Position numbers and translations under genes: made by a program. A stretch of DNA of 63,816 bases, counting the filler, from Octopus bimaculoides (lineage: Eukaryota): NCBI RefSeq assembly GCF_001194135.2. It is 6 parts of 6 records of this genome, joined end to end, with 100 filler letters (N's around TTAATTAATTAA, not from the genome) between each part and the next. Parts side by side here need not be neighbours in the genome. Positions count along the whole stretch, not along the records: positions 1 to 21,353 come from NC_068990.1; 5 more parts are not named here. One strand, 5' to 3'. A model generated the notes under the pieces. The model did not search any database. It had not been told where the DNA came from and saw only the letters and a program-made list of their open reading frames with translations. This document shows, one piece after another, positions 1 through 12,847 of this stretch. Numbering within the stretch: position 1 is the first letter of the stretch; each line of letters begins with the position of its first letter.

Positions 1-1
1 G

Positions 2-37
<36 letters not shown>

Positions 38-1938
38 CATATATATATATACATATATATATGTATATACAAATAATATATGAGTATATGCATATATATG
101 TACATGTATGTACATACCTTCATCTACATGTATATATAGATGCATATCTGGGTACATGACGTTGCAAAAAAACATGGACAAAATGATAAACAAGGTACAG
201 AAAACACACAGACCACATAGAGAACATTTCCTTCATCAGCTGCCAGTTGCTCTTGGGTGCCACTGGTAATATGTAACCCACTACTACTTGTTGCATGGTT
301 GGGGTTGCGACGACTAAACTGGCAACCCCATTGAGCTTGCTTGGTGAGGAGGGTGATTGTTGGGCACTCTTCAGAATGAAAAATAAGACCATCCAACAGT
401 CGGTATACATGTATATGTATGCATGTATGTATGCACAGGGATGTGGAAATACCTGGGTTGGTGCCTAGGTGCACGGTTGGCCCCACTGGGAGTGGGAGGC
501 CCTTCTTTTGTTATCACATCTCTCTAGGAGAGGGAAACTCTGAGAGAAAACCTGTGACACTGACAATATTCAATGATGTAGACTAGTTTTTCTTTTTGAG
601 TTTATATTGTCTATGTTTAGGGAGTGGGATTGGATTTATTCAAATACTTTCCCCGCCATATATATATATTATATCTGTATGTGTATGCATTCACACACTC
701 ACGCACACACAGACATACCCACATACTTATAAATATATATAGATATAAAGAGAGAGAGAGAGATAAGATAAACAAGTAGATATTGTGAGTCTTTACCCAC
801 CTACTTGTATTGCCACTACATAAATTGTGGCTATCATTCATTGTAAATAAGTTATGTATTATTAAAATGACATATTTTATACAACTAATACTATGTCATC
901 CTGTTTAGAGAGTGGGATTGGATTTATGAAAATCTTTTTCCTATTATAAAAAATTGTCATTTACAGGCATAACTTGAAAAGAAAGTAAGACCTATCACAA
1001 AATGGCTGATTGTAGCCTTCACATGTGGGACTTTTGATCAAGTGATGACAGTACTCACACACAAGTTTGCAGCCATCACACACACACACACACACATATA
1101 TATATAATACATTAAAAGTGAACTTCAATCCTGCTTGCTTGCAATGTTACACAGTCAAACTGGCACATAATGGGAAAATACTTTGAAAGTAAAGCGCCCC
1201 TGAAATGTGAATACAAACGGAATAAAACAAGTTTTGTGTAAGTCAGACCAGGGATTATTGAGATGTTCAGGGATTTGGGGGATATAAATACCCAAAACAG
1301 TGTATAAAAATACTCCGAAAATAACTTAACCCTGAAAGAGAAGAAACTCTAACCTTTCCATTAGACACATAATGATGGGCAAAATATTTTTAAGTGAAAA
1401 TGACTTTAAAAATATGGTAAATATTTTGTAAGAGACCCATTTGTAACCTCAGTGTGAAATAGTTTTTTTTCCATAGGTTTCTTTTGAGTGCATTCAACGT
1501 ATCTCACTTCCAAAGATTTGGCTGCTATTTTTAGCACACCCTGCTACCACGTAACGGCTATTTGAGATAAAGGGCTCAAAATACCTGTTACATGGTAGCA
1601 GGGCGTGCAAGAAAAAGCAGCCAATTTTTTTTTTTGTAGGGAATATACATNNNNNNNNNNNNNNNNNNNNNNNNNNNNNNNNNNNNNNNNNNNNNNNNNN
1701 NNNNNNNNNNNNNNNNNNNNNNNNNNNNNNNNNNNNNNNNNNNNNNNNNNNTGTATATGTATATGTATAAATGTATATATATATAGATATAGATGTATAT
1801 CTATACATGTATATGTGTAGATGTATATATATAGATGTACATGTAATATACACACATATATATACACATATATACATGCATACATATATACACTCATACA
1901 CACACACACATACATGTATGTATATGTGTATATTCATA

Positions 1939-3578
1939 TCTATTATATAAAAGTCAATGTCTTTATGTGTGTTCATGTGTTACTTATACATTCGAAAACT
2001 ACTGCACCGATCCTAATGAAATTTGGAACACAAAATCCATGCCTAGGGAGAAGGGTAATGCTGTGTGTTTCATACAATTTCATGGACCAAAATTACTGAA
2101 TGGATTCTTATGATATTTGGAGCTTAGATTCAATGCATACGGGCAGGTATAATGCAGTATGTTTGCTTTGAATTTGAGATGGCTTAAAGGGGGAAGAACC
2201 CCCATGAAAATTCATAAATTTTCAATGTTGATGAAATTTCAATACATCAAGATGTATTTTCAAACTTTCCACTTCTCATGAGGATTCTAAGACCCCCTAA
2301 TGGGGGCCTTAACTCCCAAATTTTAGTCATTTTTTATGATCCAGAAATAGGTCAAAAGTACTGAATGGATCTTTATGAAATTTGGTAATTATTTTCTATG
2401 CATAAGGGCCATAACCCCCATGAAAATTCATATATTTTTGCTGTTGATGAAATTTTAACCATAGATATTATACACAAATGAAGTCATATTTCTAAAATTT
2501 CATCTTCTTAGAAATTAGAAAGACCTCTTCATGGGGACTTAACACCTACAATTTTGTCATTTTATCTAAGCAATGATGAATACAGTTGTACTCTTGGAAG
2601 CTGTAGGGGTCACCTGAGCATAAAAGATGAGCGTTATTTGTAATTCAATGATACAACAGTGTAAGAGTTTGCTTTGAGATATACTTACACTGTGATTTCT
2701 GCAATGAGGTGCATAAATTGTCAAGTAAATGAGAGACATCCTTACCTCCACTGATTCAGTTGCGAAGTGTTGAGTAAAGTTATTTCCTTGCAGACCTCCT
2801 TTGAGTTTTTTTTATTATCATTGGGTCACACATAGTACCCAGGTGGTAACATTGATTTCAAGGCCTTCCCAGATGAACGACTAGTTATTTAAAGACATCT
2901 ATAGATTGTAAATTTATTCTGTCCAGTTACCTATCGGTATAGTGGTCATTTGCAAATTCCAGAAGTGACACTTTCATTTCCCCTTAGCCCTCACGTCACA
3001 CAGTTGTTAATATTTATTTCAGTTGGGCCACTCCCTTCCAATTGCTATAGATCTGTAATGCATCTTACAGCTGTGCCTATCACCTGTATTGTGAGGAATT
3101 CTACATTGGGGAGTAGTAACGACTAGGGTAGGGTAGCTGACTGCTTATTGTGATCATTCGTCTTTTGATTTCCTGTAACTTTGCTCTCTTTTACAAACCC
3201 AGTGAACATAAATATATTTCCTATTTCAAAGAAATTTGAACAATTCAACTTCTCTGGTTGACATTAAGATACCCACCCCCAATAAGGGCCTTAACTCCCA
3301 CACTTCAGAGCTCCATGACCTCCATTTTTCAGGAGCCAAATCCTTTTAACAGGTTCCATAAGACTGGAATTTTGGAATCTGCACATAAAGATCAGTAGTA
3401 TGGGATACATGTGTCATGATTAGAATTTTTTTACGGTGTGTAAAGAGGGAAAGAACCCTCATCTGCAATTTTGATGAAATTCGAATCATAGGTATTCCAG
3501 TTCATTACAGAAAATATAACAGAAAAGTCTAATTCTTCCATTGCATGTAACACGGGCAATGCCGGGTATCTCTGCTAA
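1939..3578 (+). mobile_element. Non-autonomous Helitron, complete termini
   Basis: 5' end A|TCTATTATATAAAAG at 1939. 3' end CACGGGCAATGCCGGG (degenerate hairpin) then TATCTCTG-CTAA|T at 3578 (CTRR). Inserted between A and T with no TSD. Internal ~265-bp tandem duplication (starts near 2096 and 2361). No Rep/helicase ORF. Confidence 0.75.
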
Positions 3579-3913
3579 TATATATATATATATGTATGTA
3601 AATGCACTACTCATCTTGCCTGTGCTTGTGCCGCATGAAAAGCACGAACTAAGTGCTGAATGTTTTGTATTAGGAAGGGCATCCAGCTGTAAAAATCCTG
3701 CCAAAACAGTCACAGAAGTTTGGTGCAGGCTTCAGCCTGGCCAGCTCTTGTACTTGTACCATCTCACCCATGCTAGCATAGAACACGGACATTAAATTAT
3801 GATGATGATGATGATGATAATATATATAAAAATATATATGTCTGTGTGTGTATGCATTCACACATACTTATAGATATATATAAGTATATATATACAGATA
3901 TAAAGAGGGAAAC

Positions 3914-4035
3914 AGATAAGATAAACAAGTAGATATTGTGAGTCTTTACCCACCTACTTGTATTGCCACTACATAAATTGTGGCTATCATTCATTGTAAA
4001 TAAGTCATACTATTAAGTGACATGTTTTATACAAC
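3914..4035 (+). repeat. Dispersed duplicate of 761-885
   Basis: AGATAAGATAAACAAGTAGATATTGTGAGTCTTTACCCACCTACTTGTATTGCCACTACATAAATTGTGGCTATCATTCATTGTAAATAAGT is identical in both copies; looser similarity extends upstream. Confidence 0.9.
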
Positions 4036-4586
4036 CACAACTACTACTACTACAGTTGTAGTAGTTGCATAAAATATTTCTCAGTTATATATCAACTTAT
4101 ACCCTCACCCTTCAACTCTATTATTTATATTTCAATAAAATACATGTCGTTTTATATTTTGTTACTTTTATGGTTTCACTTCCTGTGTCTTTATTTTCTG
4201 TTCACATTCACACATAAAACTATGGAGAATTTTAATACTTGTGCACTGTTAGATGTATGACTAATAGAGGAGTTAGAGGTTCCAGGTGGATCATCACTAT
4301 TATCCAGTCTGCTTCCAGTATACTGGCTAGTCTACCAATTTTCCTGGCAGTATTACTAGATAGGATATACAGAACGCATGTAGGAGGAAATTAAGATAAA
4401 CTGTTTGTTCTTTGCAATTACTTGAGACTCAGCATTGCATGTTTTGAATGCAGTGAAATGTTCCTTTGATGATCCATTGCTATTATCCATCCAAATGTAC
4501 TTGGAACATCCAATACTGTGTTACAAATAACTGCAGTGGTGAAATGTATGTAGGGACTAAAACTTTTATCTCAGTTTTCTGATATA

Positions 4587-4961
4587 TTCTTTTATTCATT
4601 TGACTGCGGCCATGCTGGAGTACTGCCTTAAAGGATTTTAGTCAAAGAAATCAACCCCAGGACTTATTCTTTGTAAGCTTAGTACTTATTCTATCGGTCA
4701 CTTTTGCCAAACTGTTAAGTTACAGAGACGTAAACACACCAGCATTGATTGTCAAGCAATGGTAGAAGGACAAAAACCGACACACATAAATATATACTTA
4801 TGACGGGCTTCTTTCAGTTTCTGCCTACTACATCCACTCACAAGGCTTTGGTTGGCCCAAGGCTAGAGTTGAAGACACTTGCCCAAGTTGCCATGCAGTG
4901 GGGCTGAACCTGGAACCATGTTGTTGGGAAGCAAGCTTCTTACCACACTGCGATACCTGCG

Positions 4962-4963
<2 letters not shown>
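4587..4963 (-). mobile_element. SINE family A copy
   Basis: Reverse complement of the 29667-30068 element; many CpG-to-TpG/CpA changes. Confidence 0.85.
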
Positions 4964-5003
<40 letters not shown>

Positions 5004-5368
5004 NNNNNNNNNNNNNNNNNNNNNNNNNNNNNNNNNNNNNNNNNNNNNNNNNNNNNNNNNNNNNNNNNNNNNNNNNNNNNNNNNNNNNNNNNNNNNNNNN
5101 NNNNNNNNNNNNNNNNNNNNNNNNNNNNNNNNNNNNNNNNNNNNNNNNNNNNNNNNNNNNNNNNNNNNNNNNNNNNNNNNNNNNNNNNNNNNNNNNNNNN
5201 NNNNNNNNNNNNNNNNNNNNNNNNNNNNNNNNNNNNNNNNNNNNNNNNNNNNNNNNNNNNNNNNNNNNNNNNNNNNNNNNNNNNNNNNNNNNNNNNNNNN
5301 NNNNNNNNNNNNNNNNNNNNNNNNNNNNNNNNNNNNNNNNNNNNNNNNNNNNNNNNNNNNNNNNNNNN

Positions 5369-5712
5369 GCAATGGCCCAGTAGTTTAGGGCAGCGGACTC
5401 ACGGTCATAAGATCGTGGTCATAGGATCACGGTTTCGGTTCCAAGACTGGGCGTTGTGAGTGTTTACTGAGCGAAAACACCTAAAGCTCCACAACCTTTT
5501 TTCTCTCTTTCTTCCTGTTTCTGTTGTACCTGTATTTCAAAGTGCCAACCTTGTCACACTCTGTGTCACACTGAATCTCCCCAAGAACTACATTAAGGGT
5601 GCATGTGTCTGTGAAGTGCTCAGCCACTTGCACGTTAATTTCATTTCATGAGCAGGCTGTTCCATTGATCAGATCAGCTGGAACCCTCATCGTCGTAATC
5701 GACAGAGTGCCA
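5369..5712 (+). mobile_element. SINE family B copy (CpG-decayed)
   Basis: Colinear with 22324-22703, with an internal deletion and a short duplication in the head. Confidence 0.85.
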
Positions 5713-7894
5713 CATAGAACTAACCAAAATTTGAAAATTGTCTCCTACTTTCATTTGGAAGTATTCATCAGTTGTTTAATCTTGAAAATCTAGATAGTTT
5801 CATCCAATATTGTGTTTCTTGTCAGTTCACAACAGGCCTTGCCAAAACTACACCATACAAGAATCACTTGTTCAGAAAATTAGAATGAATTCTTTGTTTA
5901 TTAAAGTATATTTTGTTGTGTAAAGTGGTTGATAGTTGTTAGAATTAGTTCGTTCTGTACCAGGTGTTGGCATGGCTGTGTGGTTAAGTAGGCTGCTTTG
6001 CATCCGTGTGCATTTAAGTTCAGTTCCACTGTATGTCACGCCTTGGGTAAGTGTTTTCTATCACCCTAGACTGACCGATGTTGTCTTGTGAATAAATTTG
6101 GTACAGGGAAAGTGTGAAGAAACTTGTTGTATGTATATGTATATCTCTCTCCTTCCATTCTCCCACCTTGATCTCCTTATTTTCTGATCTATCTTCAGGT
6201 TTTCCATATTTTCTGATCTATCTCTAAACATATTATACCACTACTCTCCTACTGGTTTTTGCATTGTCACCTATCACCTCCTCCTTTCGAAGCTCTTTAT
6301 TTTGCCTTCTCCATATTGATGTTTACTATCAACCACACATCCATCCTTGCTCATTATTCTCAATATTAACCTCTACCCTCATCCCTAACCACTTGCCACG
6401 CCTTGATTCTTGTAAATTAATCCACCCCCACCTCTCCTTCCTCTGTCCATATTCTTTCTCACACCTTCTTGTATCTTGAGAGTACTCTCTGTCATCTTCA
6501 GTGGGTCAAAGAGTGCATCATGCTTTAGTATGGTGTCTACAGCTGGATGCCCTTCCTAATAACAACCACTTTACAGTGTGTACTGGTTATTGTATTCATG
6601 ACACTAGCACTAGTGAGATTGCCATGAAACTACAAACCTCAAAAGAGGCAACTTTGCACAAAGAGATGAGGTGTTAAAGTATGAGACAAGTGGCAACAGT
6701 CAAAGAGGTTTCTTGCTTGAGAAGAGCCACAGGCTACTCGATAGAAGAAAGGTTGGGTGGGAATAATTAGGGTAGAATGGGGGGGGTTATAAAAGTAGTG
6801 GCGGTGAGGTGTTTGGGTGTGTGCCTTAAAGGTACCACGAAATTGGAAGCAGAAAAACCTGGAATGTGACTAGATGGAGGTTGCTAGATTGTATGAGAAA
6901 GTGAGAGATAAAGAATGGGTGGAGCAGTGATTACAATGTATAATAAACAAATGTCAAGTGGATGGTACATAGGGGTGGTAGGGAAGAGCAGGTGACAATT
7001 ATAGAGGTTGGGAAGGGTGGGTGTAATGAATAAGGGAAGGTGTGAGGGATCTCAATATTCATCTATACAGTTTGCTTTATGTCTGTAATTATATTTTCAA
7101 GACTTGACAACATATTTGTTAATGTAATGTATGTTGGACACTACACTCTTATGGAGTTTGAACAAATATACAAAAATCAATAGGATCCGTCCTCAATGAT
7201 AAAGGTTACTCTTCTGTTTTATTACAATGGCCATATTTAAGTTAGATGTGTGTACTGATGGTCAGAGTGGTTATTATTCATGCCATAATTAACATTCTAT
7301 ATATTAGCCTAATGAGCTATTATTGCATTGTGATCCTGTATTAGCTCGAGTGACCATGTTTAGCATCATGTTAAGTGATTTTATTGGTCACAGAGGTCAT
7401 CTATATTGACAACACACAATGTTATTTGATCAAAGACATCTTTTACTGATGTCATTGATTATTGGGTTTTGTTTAATAGACCTGATATTGTTCTTGTTGA
7501 TAAGGATGGATCATATTACTGCCATGTTGTTGTGGCTAGTGACTGTTATTATTATTGGTCATTGTAAAATAAGAAGTTAGTGCAAGGTCACTGGACTGCT
7601 TAGCAAACATTTCTTATTAACTATTTTTTTTTCTCATTTGTTTGATTGTTAAGTATAAACATTTCAGCCCCACCCCTATTAGATTTCAGGTAGAATATAT
7701 TGTAATTCAATGTGATGAGCTGGCAGAATTGTTAGGTTGTCAAATGCATAGTAGCATTTCTTACTATGTTTAGCATTCAAATCTTGCTGAGGTCAATTTT
7801 ACCTTTCATCCTTAATAAAACAAAGTACCAGTCAAGTACTAAGTTGATGTAATTGATTTGCCCCCATCATAGGTGCAAGCGTGACTGTGTGAAC

Positions 7895-8265
7895 AGGTGT
7901 AGGCATGGCTATGTGGTAAGAAGCTTGCTTCTCAACCACATGGTTTTGAGTTCAGTCCCACTGCATGAAACCTTGGGCAAGTGTCTTCTATTGTCGTCTT
8001 AGATCAAGCAAAGCCTTGTCAGTGGATTTGGCTGACGGAAACTGAAAGAAGCCTGTCAGATGTGTTTGTGTGTGTCTGTGTTTGCCCCCCCTACCATCAC
8101 TTGACAGCCTATGCTGGTGTGTTTATGTCCCTGTAACTTAGCAGTTCAGCAAAAGGGACTGATAGAATAAGTCCTGGAGTCAATTTCTTTAACTAAAACC
8201 CTTTAAGGCAGTGCTCCAGCATGTCCACAGTAAAATTACTGAAGCAAGTAAAAGAATAAAAGAAT
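7895..8265 (+). mobile_element. SINE family A copy
   Basis: Head AGGTGTAGGCATGGCTATGTGGTAAGAAGC, ACCTTGGGCAAGT, tail GCAAGTAAAAGAATAAAAG; CpG-decayed. Confidence 0.85.
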
Positions 8266-11000
8266 CTCCTTAGAAATTGCAGGCCTTGAACCCAGCTACA
8301 GGGGGAATGTTGTAATGTTGGTCACTTATATGTGACAAAAACTAGTCCAATGTCTCAAGGGAAAAAAACAAAACTCAACTTGACATGCCAGTTGCAATTT
8401 ATTGATAATGAGGTCAGACTGTATTCTAGGGAGCAAAGTAGTTCAAGGTTCGTAGTTTAAGAGTAACCATTTCATTACACTTCTTTGGATGAAATATTCT
8501 GTATCTCATTGTCATCACCATCATTTAACATCCATTGTTCATGCTGGCATGGGTTGGACAGTTTGACCAAAGATGGTAAGCTGTGGTGGCTGCACCAAAC
8601 TCCAGATTGATTTGGCATGGTTTCTATGGCTGGATGCCCTTCCTAAAACACCAACCACTTTACAGAGTGTGCTGAGTGCTTTTACATGGCACTGCATGGA
8701 CAATTTTATTTAGCACTGCACAGGCACTTTTACATGAGCATGGTGAGCCAGAAGAAATTCTGCTAAACATTTTGTCTGATAACTTAACAACTCAGCCAGC
8801 ACACCACTTTGAATTATAATATATTCCACCTGAAATCTAATAGGGGTAGAGCTGAAATGTTTGTACTTAACAATCAAACAATCGAGAAAAAAAGAAAACT
8901 TATGAAACGGCTGTTTAGAATATAAATCCTCATGAAATTTTGATGGAAAGTTTTGCATCACTTTAAAACAGGCAGCCTTGGGATGGTTGGTATCAAAAAC
9001 GTTTTAATTCAGATCATAACTGGAAGTTTGTATCATCAAACCACTGGAAGTTTGTATCATCAAACCAGGGGTGGTCTCAGATCACAGGCAGGTTGGTATC
9101 AAAAGAGTTGTTTATTTGTTTTTATTTATATTTATTCCCATTTAGATGACCCATCTTAACTCTTCGCAGTATTATACAACAGCAGGGGTTTATTATTATA
9201 GTAGAGACAGTCCCACTCTTTTATCCTTCAAACTTTTATTGTCCTGGTTCAACAAGTGCTACAACTTCAATAGTTATCAGAATGTAGGATTTATATTCAG
9301 GGCCTCATCTGCTCTTGGTCTGTTAAGGTGTCTCTGAGTGACCGTGTTCTGTAGGCACTTCCATGACTTGCTAATTAATCCATAGTTAGAACTCTGACAC
9401 TGGACAGCTTAGGGACAGCCTAAGATGTGGCGTACAACTTGTAGCCACAACCATTGTAGTGTCAGCAACTATAACAAATTACTTGTCTTTCAACAAGTCA
9501 CACAGGTGAGACTTCTGTATTGATTAGCTTTGTAGAGGGTCACTTACTTCAAGGTGCCACATACTAGGGCTGAACCCAGACCCTTGTGGTTGGGAGACAA
9601 GCTTCTTACCACACAGCCATGCCTGTCCCTATATAAAACTTTCCATCAAAATTTCATGTTGATATTTTTGTTCCAAACACCAGCTTAACAATGATAAAAT
9701 TATTTTACTAAATTCTTTGTTATTTTCAAAATTAATTGAAACAAAGACAGTGTATTTCAATGGAAATATGGTAACCAAAGGGTTAAATAACCACAAATAT
9801 TCAGATTTTTCTGTGACAAGATTAAGGAATGTGCACACATACCTAATTAACAATAATTCATATCTGTGCATTTATGTATATTTAAATGAATACAGAGAAG
9901 GAAATATTAGTGAGGCAGAGATAGAGGCAGTTTCTGGTTAACACCCAAATATATTCATTAACTTAAGAAGCCATCAGCCATTCACTAATTCTCTCTCTAT
10001 TTATAATCTCTTGATATTGTGTCTGCATGCCACTGTGTTGAAAACTTTAGGGCATACAGCCATTGCAAACTATAAACATGTAACACACAAGCAACTTTCA
10101 CTCAAATACTAGCTTTTCAAAGAATTTTTAGAATGTTGATTGTTGTTAGCTTTTTCTTGATGCTCTGTATCGTCTCCTTTCAACTTTCTCACTCTACATC
10201 TTGTTTTATACTTCTGTTTCACCTCCTACCACTATTTCACATCTTCACCTCCTACCACACTCTCCTCCCCCTCTTTCACAATTCTTACTACTCCTAACCC
10301 CCCTCCCCCAAATACCAGTCAAGATGTTACAACTACCTCTGACCCATTCATATTTTCTTTTAACACAACATAATTCCTCTTCCCTGCACCCAACCCATCC
10401 ACCCACCCACCTCCACACTAATTATCATCTACACTCAATGTTTTAAAGTGTTCTAAATATAATATGTTCTTTACCAGCTGTTGCAGTCACACAAATAAAT
10501 CCATTCAAAACCCTTGCTGCCACACCTGAGCTCTGCTATGTCTTTGTAGAGTCTTCTCTATGGCACAATTTCACCCATGTCTCTACCAACATGTTCAGTC
10601 AACACCACAGAAGATATTAGTTAGATCATTATTATTATTATATCAATAGATGCATGCTTAGCTGTGAGGTTAACAAACTTGCTTTACAACTATGCAGTTT
10701 TGAGTTTGGTCCCACACATGCACATGCACACATACAGATGTATATACATACAAATGACTATTCTTTAGTTTCTTCCTGCAAAAATCCCTACACAAGGCTT
10801 TTGTCAACCCGTGACAATTACATAAGACATGTGCTCCTCCCACAGTAGTGCACAGTGAGGCTCAACCAAAAAAAACTTGTTGCAAAGTGAAATTCTTAAC
10901 CACAAAACCATTGTTCAATATATTTGCATCTATTCTCTCTACTTCAGAGAGACAAAAATTAAAAGATACAAAACAAAATACATCACAGTAAATTATTTAA

Positions 11001-11192
11001 CCCTTTAGCATTTAAACTGGCCATATCCAGCCCAAATATTTTACCTGTTTTTGTTCAAATTGGCTAGATCTGGCTTCTCACACCAACCCTACAGTGTCAT
11101 TCTAAAAGTAAACAATCACATCATTAGAATTTTCAAGCTACAAGATAAGGCATGATAAATTCAAAACAATGTAGATAAATAAGCATTACATT
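11001..11192. mobile_element. piggyBac-like MITE fragment (one terminus)
   Basis: Starts TTAA|CCCTTTAGCATT; the second terminus is not found. A related terminus AAAGGG|TTAA closes a fragment at ~9634-9782, and 8931-8953 is an inverted copy of part of that fragment. Confidence 0.5.
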
Positions 11193-12114
11193 TGAGGAAT
11201 TAATCTATGTTGTTTGCTGTCTTCTGTGAAGTCAGGTCTGGTCCTTCTGCTATTCATGTTTGAAGGACTAGGGAGGAAATAACCTTGCTTGGTAACAGGG
11301 AGAGGTTTAGTGACGGGAACAGCATCTGACCCTTGCAAGCATGGAAAAATGTACATTAAAACAACAACAATGATTTTGATGAAGATGCCACCGCTAATGA
11401 TGACAACGACAACAGGAGTAGTGATGATGATGATGGTGGTGGTGGTGGTGGTGGTGGTGGTGGTGGTGGTGGTGGTGTTAGTGGCGGTGGTGGTTGTCAA
11501 GGATGACTACAACCATCACCAACTTCATATTACATTTCAGAATTTTATTCATGGATTTGTCTTTCCTTCATTAGCACTGCTTAATTACAATCTAATGAGC
11601 ACAAACAGCCATACAACTATGAGCTTCAGATCCTTTTTTTATCTTTTACAATGTTAGTGTTTTGCTATCCTGAAAAACTATTTATATAGTATTCATATAC
11701 TACTGTTTATATAGCATATACTATTTCAGTAAGCTTCCTGTCTGCTACTTGGCAATTACCTCTTACAGTGTAATGTTGAGTTTTGTTATCCTACATTGGA
11801 ACTGTCATTTTGTTTATGAATTATCTTAACCCATTTGACCACTCCCTAGATTATTAGAATATTCTTTGAAATAATTATATATGCAGTCAACAAGGCCATG
11901 TAAATAATTTAAAACAATTAAAAAAAACTCCAATTGCACCCCAATAATAGCCAGCCTCTTCTTGTGAACTAGGAACAGCATGATAGTCCACCATGACCAC
12001 CACCACCACCTACAATTGATGTAAAAACTCTGCATTAAACAAAGAAATAACAAAACAAAAACAATAGTTGTCTCTCACATATACTACAAAATAAATAGTA
12101 AAACAGTATATCAG

Positions 12115-12162
<48 letters not shown>

Positions 12163-12523
12163 GTTAAGGTGGTGAGCTGGCAGAATTGTTAGCAATTTTT
12201 ATATAATTCATTAAATTGATTCTGTTATCTTAACAAGAATTATTTAAATGGTTTCCATACATCTCCAATTAAATTTGAACTAGGAATCATTATATTCAGA
12301 AATACCCCAGCTCACATATTCTCATGATTTGTCTTCTCATTCCCCAATATAAAATTTATTTCAAATAAACAGGATCTAACTTGCAATACAATCTTAAAAT
12401 CGTTGACTCTTAGAGACTTGACCTACTTAAAACATAAGCCAATGGTTCCAAAGCTTTACATGTTGCTTGATAGACTAAAAGATAAGCTGAGATTGTTTGC
12501 ATTGGAAATTTCATAATTTCTAA

Positions 12524-12585
<62 letters not shown>

Positions 12586-12587
<2 letters not shown>

Positions 12588-12847
12588 CATGTTTGAGAAG
12601 ACCTGTCAAGCCTAGTGAGATCATAGTCATGGCTGATACTGGTGTTATGTAACTGGCACCTGTGCTGGTGGCATATAGAAAGCAACCACTGCACTCTTTG
12701 AGTAGTTGGCGTTAGGCAGAACATCCAGCCGTAGAAACCATGCCAAATGAGATTGGAACCTGGTGCAGCTCCCCAGCTTACCAGTTTTCAATCAAACTGT
12801 CCAACCCATGCCAGCATGGAAAATGAATGTTAAATGATGATGATGAC
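12586..12847 (+). mobile_element. Retroposon 3' end with (GAT)n tail (family E, RTE-like tail inferred)
   Basis: ...GGCGTTAGG..CATCCAGCCGTAGAAACC...CCAACCCATGCCAGCATGGAAAA...GTTAAATGATGATGATGA. Other copies: 3670-3817(+), 6530-6760(-), 8516-8700(-), 14435-14720(-), 17110-17480(-). Confidence 0.7.

Noticed and set aside
124-600. ORFs 120-410 and 124-486 and the GGGGTTGC/GCAACCCC hairpin at 301-329
   Set aside because: No protein homology recognised; probably a decayed retroelement end whose class cannot be assigned from sequence alone.
4200-4545. Possible minus-strand exons in non-repeat sequence (e.g. IGCSKYIWMDNSNGSSKEHFTAFKTCNAESQ)
   Set aside because: Splice signals are ordinary and no protein family is recognisable; needs RNA-seq.
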